In this document: in pieces, positions 1 through 8,833 of the stretch
Position numbering within the stretch: the stretch's first letter is position 1
How the letters are laid out: each line of letters begins with the position of its first letter
Sequence record: NZ_CP102531.1
Source: a plasmid
Reading direction: 5' to 3' (one strand)
DNA length: 64,000 nucleotides
The notes under the pieces: model-generated
Databases searched by the model: none
Seen by the model: only the letters and a program-made list of their open reading frames with translations
What the model was told of the DNA's origin: nothing
Program-made: the position numbers and the translations under genes

Positions 1-235
1 TCAGCAAGTTTTTGCTTGGGTGGTAGTGAATGGCTGGAAAGGTCGTCAGCATATGCCTAGAGCTGTCAATCGAGCGTCATAGACGCTGAGGTTTAGCGAG
101 TTTCATGCCTAGAAAACTCGAGAATTTCACGCAATAAAAACGTTTATTAGCTTTTTAAGAAACCATGAGGTCAGACCTCACCTATGCTTCATGCGTAGGC
201 ATCATATTGTTAGTTGAACCAAAAGGAGTAGTGCC

Positions 236-472
236 ATGCAACAGCGAAAAAAGCTACAGCAACATGAAGTTGTGACTGAGTTTGTCAACATGACTAAACT
301 TGGCAAGATCACGACGGTTGAAGACTATTTTAAATATCGCCGCGCTCATATGCATGACTTGAGTCTGCAAGAACGCCACTTGTTAATGGCCTGGCTCAAT
401 CGCAGTAAGACCGTCAGGTTAAAGGGGAAACGTCACCAAAACGCTGTTCATTCAGAAATTGAAATGAGGTAA
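236..472 (+). CDS. hypothetical small protein (78 aa), first of four overlapping small ORFs
   Basis: ORF track; GGAG-like RBS upstream (aaaaggagtag, 7 nt before ATG); no recognisable family. Confidence 0.35.
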   Translation: MQQRKKLQQHEVVTEFVNMTKLGKITTVEDYFKYRRAHMHDLSLQERHLLMAWLNRSKTVRLKGKRHQNAVHSEIEMR

Positions 473-479
473 TCTAGAG

Positions 480-698
480 ATGAAAGCAATCGACCAGTTA
501 CTTGTGTTTATGCAACAACATCGGCTGACGAGTATTTATTACGCAACTTATGATCGGGCGCGACGGTTATATGACCACGATCTGGTACGACAACGTGAAT
601 GGATTGAGATCTTAGCAGAAAGCAAGACCGATCAACGAATCGTCGTACGACATGGGGTATTAGGATCAAGTGTGAAGGCGGTGAGTTTGGGTGCTTAA
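480..698 (+). CDS. hypothetical small protein (72 aa)
   Basis: ORF track; starts 8 nt after the previous ORF; no recognisable motif. Confidence 0.35.
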   Translation: MKAIDQLLVFMQQHRLTSIYYATYDRARRLYDHDLVRQREWIEILAESKTDQRIVVRHGVLGSSVKAVSLGA

Positions 699-921
699 AC
701 AGACAAAAGTGCCTTTTGTTAATGGTGTGGGGAAGACTCTACCACATTTGGAAAAGGGCGTGCGTTATACTTTTGTTGATCATGGGTATTACATGACGGC
801 TTTAAGACCAGGAGAAACTGAGGAGCTTAAACCGGAATTACCAGAGCAGGAATGGGCGTATCACCAACAACATCCAGTTAAGGAATGGCGAATAGGAGGC
901 AATCATCATGCGATTCTATGA
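691..921 (+). CDS. hypothetical small protein (76 aa)
   Basis: ORF track; overlaps the upstream ORF by 8 nt and the downstream ORF by 14 nt, suggesting translational coupling. Confidence 0.35.
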   Translation: MLKQTKVPFVNGVGKTLPHLEKGVRYTFVDHGYYMTALRPGETEELKPELPEQEWAYHQQHPVKEWRIGGNHHAIL

Positions 922-1183
922 GTTTAGAACTGAAGATCATGATTATTATGCATTGATTTCAGCTAATAGCCCAGAAGAAGCCATTGTAATTTACAAAGGG
1001 GAAATTGACAACGCTTTTGATGAATTAAATCCTCATGAAGTTTCTCTGACGCGTGCAGCCGATATAACGCTTGAAGCGCATGACTTAGCAGACTTTCGTG
1101 ATGCTTTAATTGAAAAAGAAAAGCAAACCTTACAACAGGAAGTAGCGCCAAGAGTCCTTGTCATTGATAGCAATTTGCTATAA
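908..1183 (+). CDS. hypothetical acidic small protein (91 aa)
   Basis: ORF track; acidic composition; last gene of the 4-ORF array. Confidence 0.35.
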   Translation: MRFYEFRTEDHDYYALISANSPEEAIVIYKGEIDNAFDELNPHEVSLTRAADITLEAHDLADFRDALIEKEKQTLQQEVAPRVLVIDSNLL

Positions 1184-1221
1184 CCACGCATAAGAAGAGG
1201 CCAAATAGGAGGCTGAAACAA

Positions 1222-1320
1222 ATGAAAATGATGGTAAAAACGGGTGGGATCATTTTAGTGTCAGGGTTACTTTTAGCCGGATGTGGGTGTCAAACGTTTA
1301 CCATCTCCAAAGAGCCCTGA
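1222..1320 (+). CDS. putative small lipoprotein-like peptide (32 aa, MKMMVKTGGIILVSGLLLAGCGCQ...)
   Basis: AGGAGG RBS at 1207-1212 with 9-nt spacing to ATG; hydrophobic signal ending in an LLAGC lipobox-like motif; not in the ORF track (<60 aa). Confidence 0.3.
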   Translation: MKMMVKTGGIILVSGLLLAGCGCQTFTISKEP

Positions 1321-1401
1321 CTGCTACCTAACTCGGTCGGGGTTTTTATGTTGCTGTAAAGGCACAAACGGCTTTAATATGATTAAAAGGAGGCGTGTAC
1401 C

Positions 1402-1650
1402 ATGCTTGTAGCAGTTTGGAATTTACTAACGATCGTTTTGATATTGGTCATCATTTGGTTAACTCGCAAGAAAAAAATCACCACGCAAGAGGGACGGTAC
1501 AATCGAGATTTTATGATCATTGTTGCGGTGATCCAAATCATTCTGATCATTGCGGGAATGCTGGTTACCAGACACTCGCTTTCGCTGCAAGCAGCCTCAT
1601 TCACTTGTAGCATCGTACTACTGATAAGGGATCTGGTGCAAACAGTCTAA
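1402..1650 (+). pseudogene. small membrane protein ORF whose 3' end runs into the IS6 terminal repeat (C-terminus replaced by IS sequence)
   Basis: Two hydrophobic segments; the ORF continues past the IS boundary at 1629, so the last ~7 codons are IS-derived. Confidence 0.3.
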
Positions 1651-2446
1651 GAGATGGACATCTACCCAGCTATTGATACTATGTTAAAGGTTAAGCAGCT
1701 AACAATGCTTCTAATTCGTCCACGACTGAGAACCCGATGAGACTTAACTCTCGTCGGGTTCTTTTGCGTATTGCGTGAACAATTTCCACACCGCTCAACG
1801 TTGCACTAGCGGTTCGAATGCTTTGAAAGCTTGCTGAGCGGACACGATGACGTTTAATGAATCGGTGGTCCTGTTCAATCAAATTATTTCGATATTTGGA
1901 ACATTGGTGGGCTGATTTGCTCAAATAGTCTTGCTTTATCAGGTGCTTCACTGCTTTCAGTGTTGCCCGATATTGATCAGTGACTAATCGATCAGGCCGA
2001 CCATTGGTCGTCAAGAGACGCTTCAAAAAGTGATAGGATGCGGTATAATCGCGGTGTTTTCGTAGCTCAAAATCCATGGTCAAACCGTTACTGTCAATAG
2101 CGCGATACAAATAGGCCCAACGGCCTTTAACTCGAATATAGGTCTCATCGATTCGCCAACTTTTAGCGTGAGCTGTTTGATGCCGACGCCATAGAGCCTT
2201 AAAGATGGGGCCATAGTGATGAACCCAACGCATGACCGTGGTGTGATGAACAGTGATACCCCGATCCCGAAGCAATTCAACGATGTCACGATAGCTGAGA
2301 CTGAATCTGAAATAGTAGCCAACGGCTACTAAGATGATGTCCTTTTGAAAGTGGCGTCCCTTAAAGTGATTCATGCGCGCAATCCCTCGTTTCTTGGCAC
2401 CCAGTATACTAAAATCAAGTCAGCGAGGAAAATTTGCACCAGAACC
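1629..2446 (-). mobile_element. IS6-family insertion sequence, copy 1 (about 818 bp, IS1216/IS257-like)
   Basis: Terminal inverted repeats GGTTCTGGTGCAAA / GGATCTGGTGCAAA at both ends; single 227-aa transposase; identical to the copies at 22216-23033 and 26930-27747. Confidence 0.85.
1691..2374 (-). CDS. tnp: IS6-family DDE transposase (227 aa)
   Basis: MNHFKGRHFQKD... N-terminus and length typical of IS6 (IS26/IS257/IS1216) transposases; three protein-identical copies in the window. Confidence 0.9.
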   Translation of the reverse strand: MNHFKGRHFQKDIILVAVGYYFRFSLSYRDIVELLRDRGITVHHTTVMRWVHHYGPIFKALWRRHQTAHAKSWRIDETYIRVKGRWAYLYRAIDSNGLTMDFELRKHRDYTASYHFLKRLLTTNGRPDRLVTDQYRATLKAVKHLIKQDYLSKSAHQCSKYRNNLIEQDHRFIKRHRVRSASFQSIRTASATLSGVEIVHAIRKRTRRELSLIGFSVVDELEALLAA

Positions 2447-2626
2447 CTTGAAACCAGTCTCAAGGCACAAAAAAGCCGCCCACTGGCGGTACAGCAGACG
2501 GCGTAGCACTTAGCCACTCACATGTTAAGTGTACCGTATCTTGATGAGAATGCAACCAGTTAAACGAGCACTGTGGATAAGCTCTATCAGTGTTGATGGA
2601 CAGGGCTTTCCCGTGCTATAATATAG

Positions 2627-2755
2627 ACACAAACAGGGAGCACCCCCGAAAGAGTGCTCCCCTAGCAGAGCCGTTAAAGACGGCTGGCATTTCAACTTAC
2701 AATCAAAAGACCGTCAGCCTTCAGCCACGAAGTTTAATGACGGTCTTTTTGATTG
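2627..2755 (+). ncRNA. candidate antitoxin sRNA of an Fst/Lpt-like type I TA, convergent with the toxin and ending in a shared bidirectional terminator
   Basis: Sigma70-like promoter TTGATG-18nt-TATAAT at 2591-2626; strong internal hairpin gggagcaccccc/gaaagagtgctcccc; terminator hairpin aaagaccgtcag...tgacggtcttttt at 2706-2755 overlaps the 3' end of the toxin gene. Confidence 0.35.
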
Positions 2756-2853
2756 TCTTGCATTGCTTTTACAAGGGTCACAAAGGTGTTCACAAGTGAC
2801 AGTACGAAACTGCCAAATGCTAACATCAACGTGATTGCCTCAGCAACGGACAA
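2734..2853 (-). CDS. candidate type I toxin, Fst/Lpt-like hydrophobic peptide (39 aa from TTG, 30 aa from ATG at 2826)
   Basis: Peptide (L)SVAEAITLMLAFGSFVLSLVNTFVTLVKAMQDNQKDRH has a single TM helix plus charged C-tail like Fst-family toxins; AAGGAGG RBS 7 nt upstream of the TTG; the 5'UTR motif ttaatgacggt is complementary to the 3' end accgtcattaa. Confidence 0.5.
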   Translation of the reverse strand: MSVAEAITLMLAFGSFVLSLVNTFVTLVKAMQDNQKDRH

Positions 2854-3013
2854 ACAGGCACCTCCTTTCACTTAGATTTTGGACGTCTTTCATAGGCGAC
2901 CACCTCTTTGTGATTGGATTTGCCAACCGTCATTAACTTTTCTGCTAATAATATTATAGCATATAAACGGCTATATCCATAGAGCCACAAGGGATATGGC
3001 CGTTTTGGTGTCC

Positions 3014-3212
3014 GCGGGTCTGCGAGCTTTTTGGCTTAACGTTAGTCGGCCAAGGCCGAGGAGCGTGGGCGTCTGCCCCGCCCACGCGCTCCAGGCAACG
3101 TACTACGTCGTCTCATATAGCCAATCAAGTTTCTGTTAGGTAACGGACGAGGGAAACCACCTCGTCTTGTTACGTCGAGACAAGGGACGCCAAAAAGCTC
3201 GCAGACCCGGTA
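3014..3212. repeat. highly structured element: 20-bp perfect inverted repeat (gggtctgcgagctttttggc / gccaaaaagctcgcagaccc) flanking about 155 bp containing three further GC-rich hairpins
   Basis: Read directly from the sequence; lies immediately 3' of the last tra gene (stop at 3221). Confidence 0.4.
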
Positions 3213-3220
3213 ATAGAAAA

Positions 3221-4612
3221 CTATCGCTCCAGCGCTTGATCATGATGCTTGGGTGCAATTCTAAGATTGGCCGTCACTGCCCGTTCTTTTGCTGCTGCTA
3301 TTTTTTTATCCAAGGTCAAACCTTTGCTCTTTGAACGCTCATGGATTTGTAGTCGGTCATTCCAATCCTTTGGAACGTCCTGAACCACCTGAAAATCTCC
3401 GTTTTGGTATTGCCGCGCAACTCCTTTGATTCGGCCGACTAGGTTGTTACGATCCGTTGATGTTAAATCAGGGGCATGTTGCTTAAAGTAGGCTTGCCAA
3501 TCGATACCGTTCGATTGTAGATACGGCTTGAGCTGTGTGGCAATTTCAGGTAAGTCTGCAAAAGAGCCTTTGGTAAGGGTATCCTGATAATGATAGCCGT
3601 TTGCTATACCGTGACCGGGCTGTAAATTGACGGCGACTTTCAGATACGCCATCAAAGCGACGGTAGGAATGGCTGCCTGCTTTGCAGCACTGACAACTGG
3701 TGCTAGACACTCGTGTGGAATTGCTTGGTCAGCTGGGATTAGACTCGTATACGGCACACTCGCTAAAGCATGTTCAGCCCTCATCTGGTCATAAAAGACA
3801 TGACCACTCGGGTCATTGTCGACCCCAAAAGCAATCTCTGATGGCGCATGACCAGTTTTCTCGCAGAAATAAATCAGCCCTTGTTTGACCGTATTTGACT
3901 TCAAGCCGTCCATCGACATTAACGTGACGTGATTCAAGCCACGATGCAGTGACCAATAACTCAGGGCATCAATCGGCGCCTCAAACATTAAAAGTCGTTC
4001 AGGCTTGCCTAGTGACAAATTGAAGCCAAAGTTTTCTTGTGAGTTTTTGGCAATTTGCTTGAAGGTACCCCGTTTACCCAAATGCTCATGGTCAATTCTC
4101 GTGCCTTGTACCGTTGCCCCTACGATTTTGTCATTCCTTGACCAGACAAAGATGGCATTGCTATGCTCGTCTTGTTGGATAAAACCTTTGCGATGCAGTA
4201 AGTCCACAATCTGTGGATCAAGTTTCCGAACCGTCGTTAGATACTTAGTTGCCTGCTCAAAGTTAGGACTATTTTTAAAGTTGTATTGAAACGGCTCACG
4301 AACCTTATGCGTGATAGTTTCAGCTCGCTCTAAAGCTGCATGATTCAGATACGCAACTGCCTCGCGAAAACTGCTGATGCCTAAATAATGCTGCACAAAA
4401 TCTAATGCACCGCCACCAACATCACGACTATTCCAACGGAAGAGATTCTTCTTGTCATTAATGACTAATGAGTCATGTTCGACCCCACGCCAATAGCCAT
4501 TGGACTGTTGCACTAGGGCAATGCCATTCGCTTCGGCAATCGCCACAATGGCAACGTGATTCGCGTGGTCAATCGTTGCTTTACTGAGTCGTTTCTGTTT
4601 GTTTGTGACCAT
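3221..4612 (-). CDS. DUF3991/Toprim-domain protein (putative conjugative primase-like protein), 463 aa
   Basis: N-terminal WRGVEHDSLVIN...GGGALDFVQHYLG pattern typical of DUF3991-Toprim proteins of Gram-positive conjugative elements; last gene of the tra operon. Confidence 0.55.
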   Translation of the reverse strand: MVTNKQKRLSKATIDHANHVAIVAIAEANGIALVQQSNGYWRGVEHDSLVINDKKNLFRWNSRDVGGGALDFVQHYLGISSFREAVAYLNHAALERAETITHKVREPFQYNFKNSPNFEQATKYLTTVRKLDPQIVDLLHRKGFIQQDEHSNAIFVWSRNDKIVGATVQGTRIDHEHLGKRGTFKQIAKNSQENFGFNLSLGKPERLLMFEAPIDALSYWSLHRGLNHVTLMSMDGLKSNTVKQGLIYFCEKTGHAPSEIAFGVDNDPSGHVFYDQMRAEHALASVPYTSLIPADQAIPHECLAPVVSAAKQAAIPTVALMAYLKVAVNLQPGHGIANGYHYQDTLTKGSFADLPEIATQLKPYLQSNGIDWQAYFKQHAPDLTSTDRNNLVGRIKGVARQYQNGDFQVVQDVPKDWNDRLQIHERSKSKGLTLDKKIAAAKERAVTANLRIAPKHHDQALER

Positions 4613-4656
4613 CTCGGTTAACTCCTTTCTGCATCAAAAAAGGACGCCTAGGCGTC

Positions 4657-6864
4657 CTATCGTTCAATATCATGATGATGTTGCTGTTCTTGCTCTTCCT
4701 GGGGCGGTTCACCTTGTAAATCGTCCATTAAGTCAGCAATGTCCTCCCACTTGTTGACCATGATGGTTTGCTGCTTGAGACTTTGTTCTAATGACCGTAG
4801 GGTCTTTTCTTGGTCTGTGATGACACTCGCCATTTCTTCGTTAGTCAGTAGTGGGTTAAAGTCTTGGTTTTGCAAATGTAGCACGGCGGTTTGATACATA
4901 TTAATTTCATGTTGGTACTTCCTAGTGAGCCGGTGTTGCTCATTTGGTGAAACGTCCTCTAATTTGTCAATAATTGGTTGATATTGGTTGCGGGTAAAGA
5001 TGAACTTTGCTAAGTCGTTGTAGGTGGTAATCTTATCGTGAAGCATTTCAATTTTCTGCTGCACGTCATGGAGCTGCGCTTTGACCGTTGTTACCTGCCG
5101 GCCTAATGACTGACGGTCAGTGATATGGTTGGCTCTCAATTCACCAAGCGTGGTTGACAAGCGCTTCACGTCAGCTTGCTGAGCTTGCATATATTGACGT
5201 TGCCGATTGGCTATTAACCAACGTCCTAACACCGGCTGCGTTGACTTTAATGCAGGTTTCAACGCGGCTCCTGTCAAACTAACTGATTTTGGTTCTGGAT
5301 CGTTCAACGTAGCAAAGGGCGTTGCATTGTAGTGCCAGTGATTGCCAATTTGCACTGTGTACTGTTGATGCAACCGGTCATAATTTACGGCGTCATTAGG
5401 GATAAAGACTCGTTCATAACCGGCATCAGGTAGCGTAATCGTTAGTCCCTTGTCAGAGTGACCAAAGACAGCTTGAGGAGGAACTTTTACCAGTTCAGGA
5501 TTCAATCCTTGATCAAGATCAATCGCATGTATCAATGCTTCACCACGGATTGAAACAGCGCGTGGCCGTTTTCCTGATTGATCCGTTAATGTGTAGTAAT
5601 AATTGGCTTGTAGCGCAACTTGCAAATGATCAGAATCACCGCGCAATTCGTAACGATTCAAGTGAACTGTTAGCTGTCCTTCATTAGGCACTTCTAGTTG
5701 AACCAAAGCCCCCTTTTCATCAACACTTAGTACCTGATCCTCAGACAAGTCCATCAAGGTTTCGGTGTTGGTCATCTTCGACTTGGTTTGTTCCTGATAC
5801 TCGGCTAAAACATCAGGAGCTGTCACCTTTGCTTTGAGAGCATTGGGGTCATGCCAATGCTCATTCATATAGTTTAGTTGGTAGGCAGGGGGTAGAAGTT
5901 CCGCGGGCACTTTAGTACCATCATGAAATGTGAATTGATAGCTACCATTGCGCTGCCGTTTGAGGGTAACATCATGTTCCTGTTGCAGCATGAAAATTAA
6001 ATCATCAAGGCTGTCACACATACCATACACATCATCAATTAAGGCCATCAATCGTTGTTGATTGTCAGCATTCTCAGCAGTGGTTGTTTTAATACCTTCC
6101 GACGTGTATGAACCAATATCAGATAGACTTTTGTCGCGAATATTGCGCTGCTGGTCAGGCAACCGATACCCCCTATCTTGACCACGCTTCGTTGTCGTGA
6201 TTTCTAGCTGTTCACATAGCTGGTCAAACATTTCCGGTGATGTTGCACGAGACGCAACAAATCGCAGTCGGCGACGCAACTCCGCGCGGAATGATTGGTG
6301 AACATCCTTCTCGTGAACAAAGCCATTTTTTTCGAGTTGTTCATCACGTCTCAAGGACACTGATAAACCATGTTCTGCCGTCAAACGATTACTGATTTCC
6401 TTGATGCGATTAGCTGTGATATAAGGCTGGCTACGAAACTTTTTCAAAGTCGTCATGGAGTAAGCATTAAAGACAATGTGATTATGGATATGATCCTTAT
6501 CAACGTGAGTTGCAATGACAAATTGATAGTCATTGCCAAGTAGCTCGCGCATGAGTTGAACCCCTATCGCATGAGCCTCTTCTGGGGTAACATGATCGTC
6601 TGGTGAAAAGGACTGAATCAGGTGGTAGCTCTTTGCTGATTGATGCCTTCGGATGCCATCGACATCGCGACCACCAACACGTTCATAATTACCATTGTAG
6701 CGATGTGACATATCAGCCAGCATCTCAAACTCAAATGATGCCGTGGGCACGTCACAATGAATGCCTTCTACGAGTTCTCCGTTTCGAGTTTTTAGCGGAT
6801 CAATAATGTACTTGATGGCGGCCTTGGTCGAGCGATTAATCGCGTGTATTTTCGTGATTGCCAT
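4657..6864 (-). CDS. conjugative relaxase (MobA/VirD2, MOBP-like), 735 aa
   Basis: 3-His motif HVDKDHIHNHIVFN; N-terminal Tyr (KAAIKYIID); long coiled-coil C-terminal domain; preceded by mobC. Confidence 0.8.
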   Translation of the reverse strand: MAITKIHAINRSTKAAIKYIIDPLKTRNGELVEGIHCDVPTASFEFEMLADMSHRYNGNYERVGGRDVDGIRRHQSAKSYHLIQSFSPDDHVTPEEAHAIGVQLMRELLGNDYQFVIATHVDKDHIHNHIVFNAYSMTTLKKFRSQPYITANRIKEISNRLTAEHGLSVSLRRDEQLEKNGFVHEKDVHQSFRAELRRRLRFVASRATSPEMFDQLCEQLEITTTKRGQDRGYRLPDQQRNIRDKSLSDIGSYTSEGIKTTTAENADNQQRLMALIDDVYGMCDSLDDLIFMLQQEHDVTLKRQRNGSYQFTFHDGTKVPAELLPPAYQLNYMNEHWHDPNALKAKVTAPDVLAEYQEQTKSKMTNTETLMDLSEDQVLSVDEKGALVQLEVPNEGQLTVHLNRYELRGDSDHLQVALQANYYYTLTDQSGKRPRAVSIRGEALIHAIDLDQGLNPELVKVPPQAVFGHSDKGLTITLPDAGYERVFIPNDAVNYDRLHQQYTVQIGNHWHYNATPFATLNDPEPKSVSLTGAALKPALKSTQPVLGRWLIANRQRQYMQAQQADVKRLSTTLGELRANHITDRQSLGRQVTTVKAQLHDVQQKIEMLHDKITTYNDLAKFIFTRNQYQPIIDKLEDVSPNEQHRLTRKYQHEINMYQTAVLHLQNQDFNPLLTNEEMASVITDQEKTLRSLEQSLKQQTIMVNKWEDIADLMDDLQGEPPQEEQEQQHHHDIER

Positions 6865-7237
6865 TTAAGACCACCCGCTCATAATGTTTGACGACATCGA
6901 GACGATGCAGCAAGTGGTCGTTGACCGCCCAGAACAGGTCATCAACTTCACTTTTAACCATGTTCATTTGTTCCTGCGTTAGCACTTCATTTTCGTTAGC
7001 AACGTGCGCAAGTTGATTCAGGTTATTCCCGATTCTAGCCATCTGTCTAATTAACTCTTTTGTGTCTGTAAAATCCACGTGAATGATCTTACTTGTTAAG
7101 AGCGCGCGGCAAGCATAGGCATTAAACTTGGGGTTCCCCGCAGTTGCTATTCTGAAATTGACCCATTCACGTTCCTCTGGGGTCATACGCACGGTGCTTC
7201 TTGAAGATCGAGTGCGATGCTCATCTGACTGCTTCAC
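6836..7237 (-). CDS. mobC: MobC-like relaxosome accessory protein, 133 aa
   Basis: Small basic protein immediately upstream of and overlapping the relaxase gene; family assignment by position and size. Confidence 0.55.
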   Translation of the reverse strand: MKQSDEHRTRSSRSTVRMTPEEREWVNFRIATAGNPKFNAYACRALLTSKIIHVDFTDTKELIRQMARIGNNLNQLAHVANENEVLTQEQMNMVKSEVDDLFWAVNDHLLHRLDVVKHYERVVLNGNHENTRD

Positions 7238-7329
7238 ATGTTTCCCTCCATTGTTATTTTTAGTGAACTTAAGGCTGACGTTGCACTTGAACCAAACTCG
7301 TTGTCACGAATTTCAAGATTTTGCTTTTT

Positions 7330-7470
7330 TGAAGTTTTTCTACTGTCGCGAGATTTGCAAGTGGACGTCCACTTGCGATAAATTGACTCATTATCAGCTT
7401 CGCTGATAGTCAATTTTGTTTTGGGGGCACGCCCCCAATCCCCCGTTATTTTGAAGGGGTCTGCGACACC
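7330..7470. promoter_or_regulatory. candidate oriT / relaxosome binding region upstream of mobC
   Basis: 20-bp perfect palindrome gcaagtggacgtccacttgc (7357-7376); inverted repeat ttgactcattatcagc/gctgatagtcaa (7383-7413); GC palindrome gggggcacgccccc (7423-7436). Confidence 0.4.
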
Positions 7471-7478
7471 CTCCAAAA

Positions 7479-7754
7479 TCAAAGTTCAAACCCTTCTAAG
7501 CTCTCATTTTGGCTCAGCCATTTCTGATAATCTTCGACCGAAAGGTCGCTTAATTTTCGGATCGTTTCGTCGTAACATTCGAGGGTAAATTCTTTCTCAA
7601 TTGGATCTGTGATACCCGTCAGGTCATTAGCAATATCATCACGTACTGCTTTAACCTTTTGTAGAATTGCCGGCGGTGTATCTTCGCTCACAGACTTGCG
7701 GTGAAGTAAGATAATGTCACGATCGAATTCGTTCATTTCGTCAATGGTTTTCAT
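7479..7754 (-). CDS. hypothetical protein (91 aa) within the tra operon
   Basis: ORF track; no motif recognised. Confidence 0.4.
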   Translation of the reverse strand: MKTIDEMNEFDRDIILLHRKSVSEDTPPAILQKVKAVRDDIANDLTGITDPIEKEFTLECYDETIRKLSDLSVEDYQKWLSQNESLEGFEL

Positions 7755-7841
7755 GTTGGTAATTCCTTTCTTGGGTGATCAAGGGCTGGAGAAAAGCAAG
7801 GGCTGGAGTGTCCTCTTGAGTCAGAGTATTCAACAAATGGG

Positions 7842-8825
7842 TTAGCGTGTTTTCTCCTGCGTTGCTTGCACCAGCCCTTGCTCTTTTTTTGCGATGTTTT
7901 CCGTTGTCGCAATGGTTTTAGCGCGTTCTATTTTTTGATCAAGCGTCAACGGTTTCTCACGAATCTTTTCGAGGTTTTGATCGACGGTTTTATTGAACTT
8001 TTCGGCGGTGGATTGGATACGCGTTAAGCTTTTGGAGAGCTGGGAAAGATCCTTATCTTTCGACCAAACAGCAAGGTAAGGGAACGTATAATCACTCGTG
8101 TCAATTCCCAGATGTTGGCAAACGATAAACGCGGTACTTTCAGCTTCCAATTCCATGGTTGAACGATCCAATTTTAACTTCGGATCACAGTGTAATTCAC
8201 TGTGCGCGAGTTCATGAATCAGCGTCTTAATGGTTTGCTTCTCGCTCATACCGGAACGCAATTGGATTTCTTTTTTGAGTGGGCGAGTAACACCCTTGGT
8301 TTCGCTGCTCGGCATCTCATGGCTAAAGCCCACATGAAAGTCAGTTGCTTGAACAAGTTTGCTATAAATAGTGGCATAATTTGGTACTTCACCAGTCAGC
8401 TCATGTGTGAACATTTTGATAGGCTCACCACTGGTCTGAGAGTAATCAAACACAGCTGCAGGTCGGCAGAATACTTTGCTCTCTTTTACGCGTTTAATGG
8501 TGCCATCAGGTTGCCGAACTCTCTTTTCGTACTTGTGTTCACCACCCGCCAATATCCTGATACCTTTTTCGTGTTGATTAACTTGTCGATGGTACTGATT
8601 TTTCCATGTGTGATACCCCGCAACAAAAGTGGCATGTGGGTTCTGTAAATAGATGAGTAACTGGTTTCTGACACTGTATTGATGAAACCCGCTGATGAAC
8701 TTTAAATACTCTCGATACTCGTCAGTAGAGAAGACCTTTTTGGCGCCATCTTGCGCCAACGCCAGTAACTCTTTGGTACTCTTTGGTGGTTGCTTTTCTT
8801 GGCTTGATGTTGGCATCTTTATCAC
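7842..8825 (-). CDS. ardC: ArdC-like antirestriction protein (N-terminal ssDNA-binding domain plus zincin-like metalloprotease), 327 aa
   Basis: N-terminal YLKFISGFHQYSVRNQLLIYLQ pattern (DUF1738/ArdC-N); C-terminal HELAHSELH HEXXH zinc motif. Confidence 0.7.
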   Translation of the reverse strand: MIKMPTSSQEKQPPKSTKELLALAQDGAKKVFSTDEYREYLKFISGFHQYSVRNQLLIYLQNPHATFVAGYHTWKNQYHRQVNQHEKGIRILAGGEHKYEKRVRQPDGTIKRVKESKVFCRPAAVFDYSQTSGEPIKMFTHELTGEVPNYATIYSKLVQATDFHVGFSHEMPSSETKGVTRPLKKEIQLRSGMSEKQTIKTLIHELAHSELHCDPKLKLDRSTMELEAESTAFIVCQHLGIDTSDYTFPYLAVWSKDKDLSQLSKSLTRIQSTAEKFNKTVDQNLEKIREKPLTLDQKIERAKTIATTENIAKKEQGLVQATQEKTR

Positions 8826-8833
8826 GCTTTCCT

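Noticed and set aside
2080-2322. 80-aa antisense ORF inside each IS6 transposase gene (also 22340-22582 and 27381-27623)
   Set aside because: Fully embedded in the opposite strand of a well-supported transposase gene. No RBS.
2590-2799. 69-aa plus-strand ORF covering the putative antitoxin RNA region
   Set aside because: Overlaps the bidirectional terminator and the convergent toxin gene. No RBS. Better explained as a non-coding sRNA.
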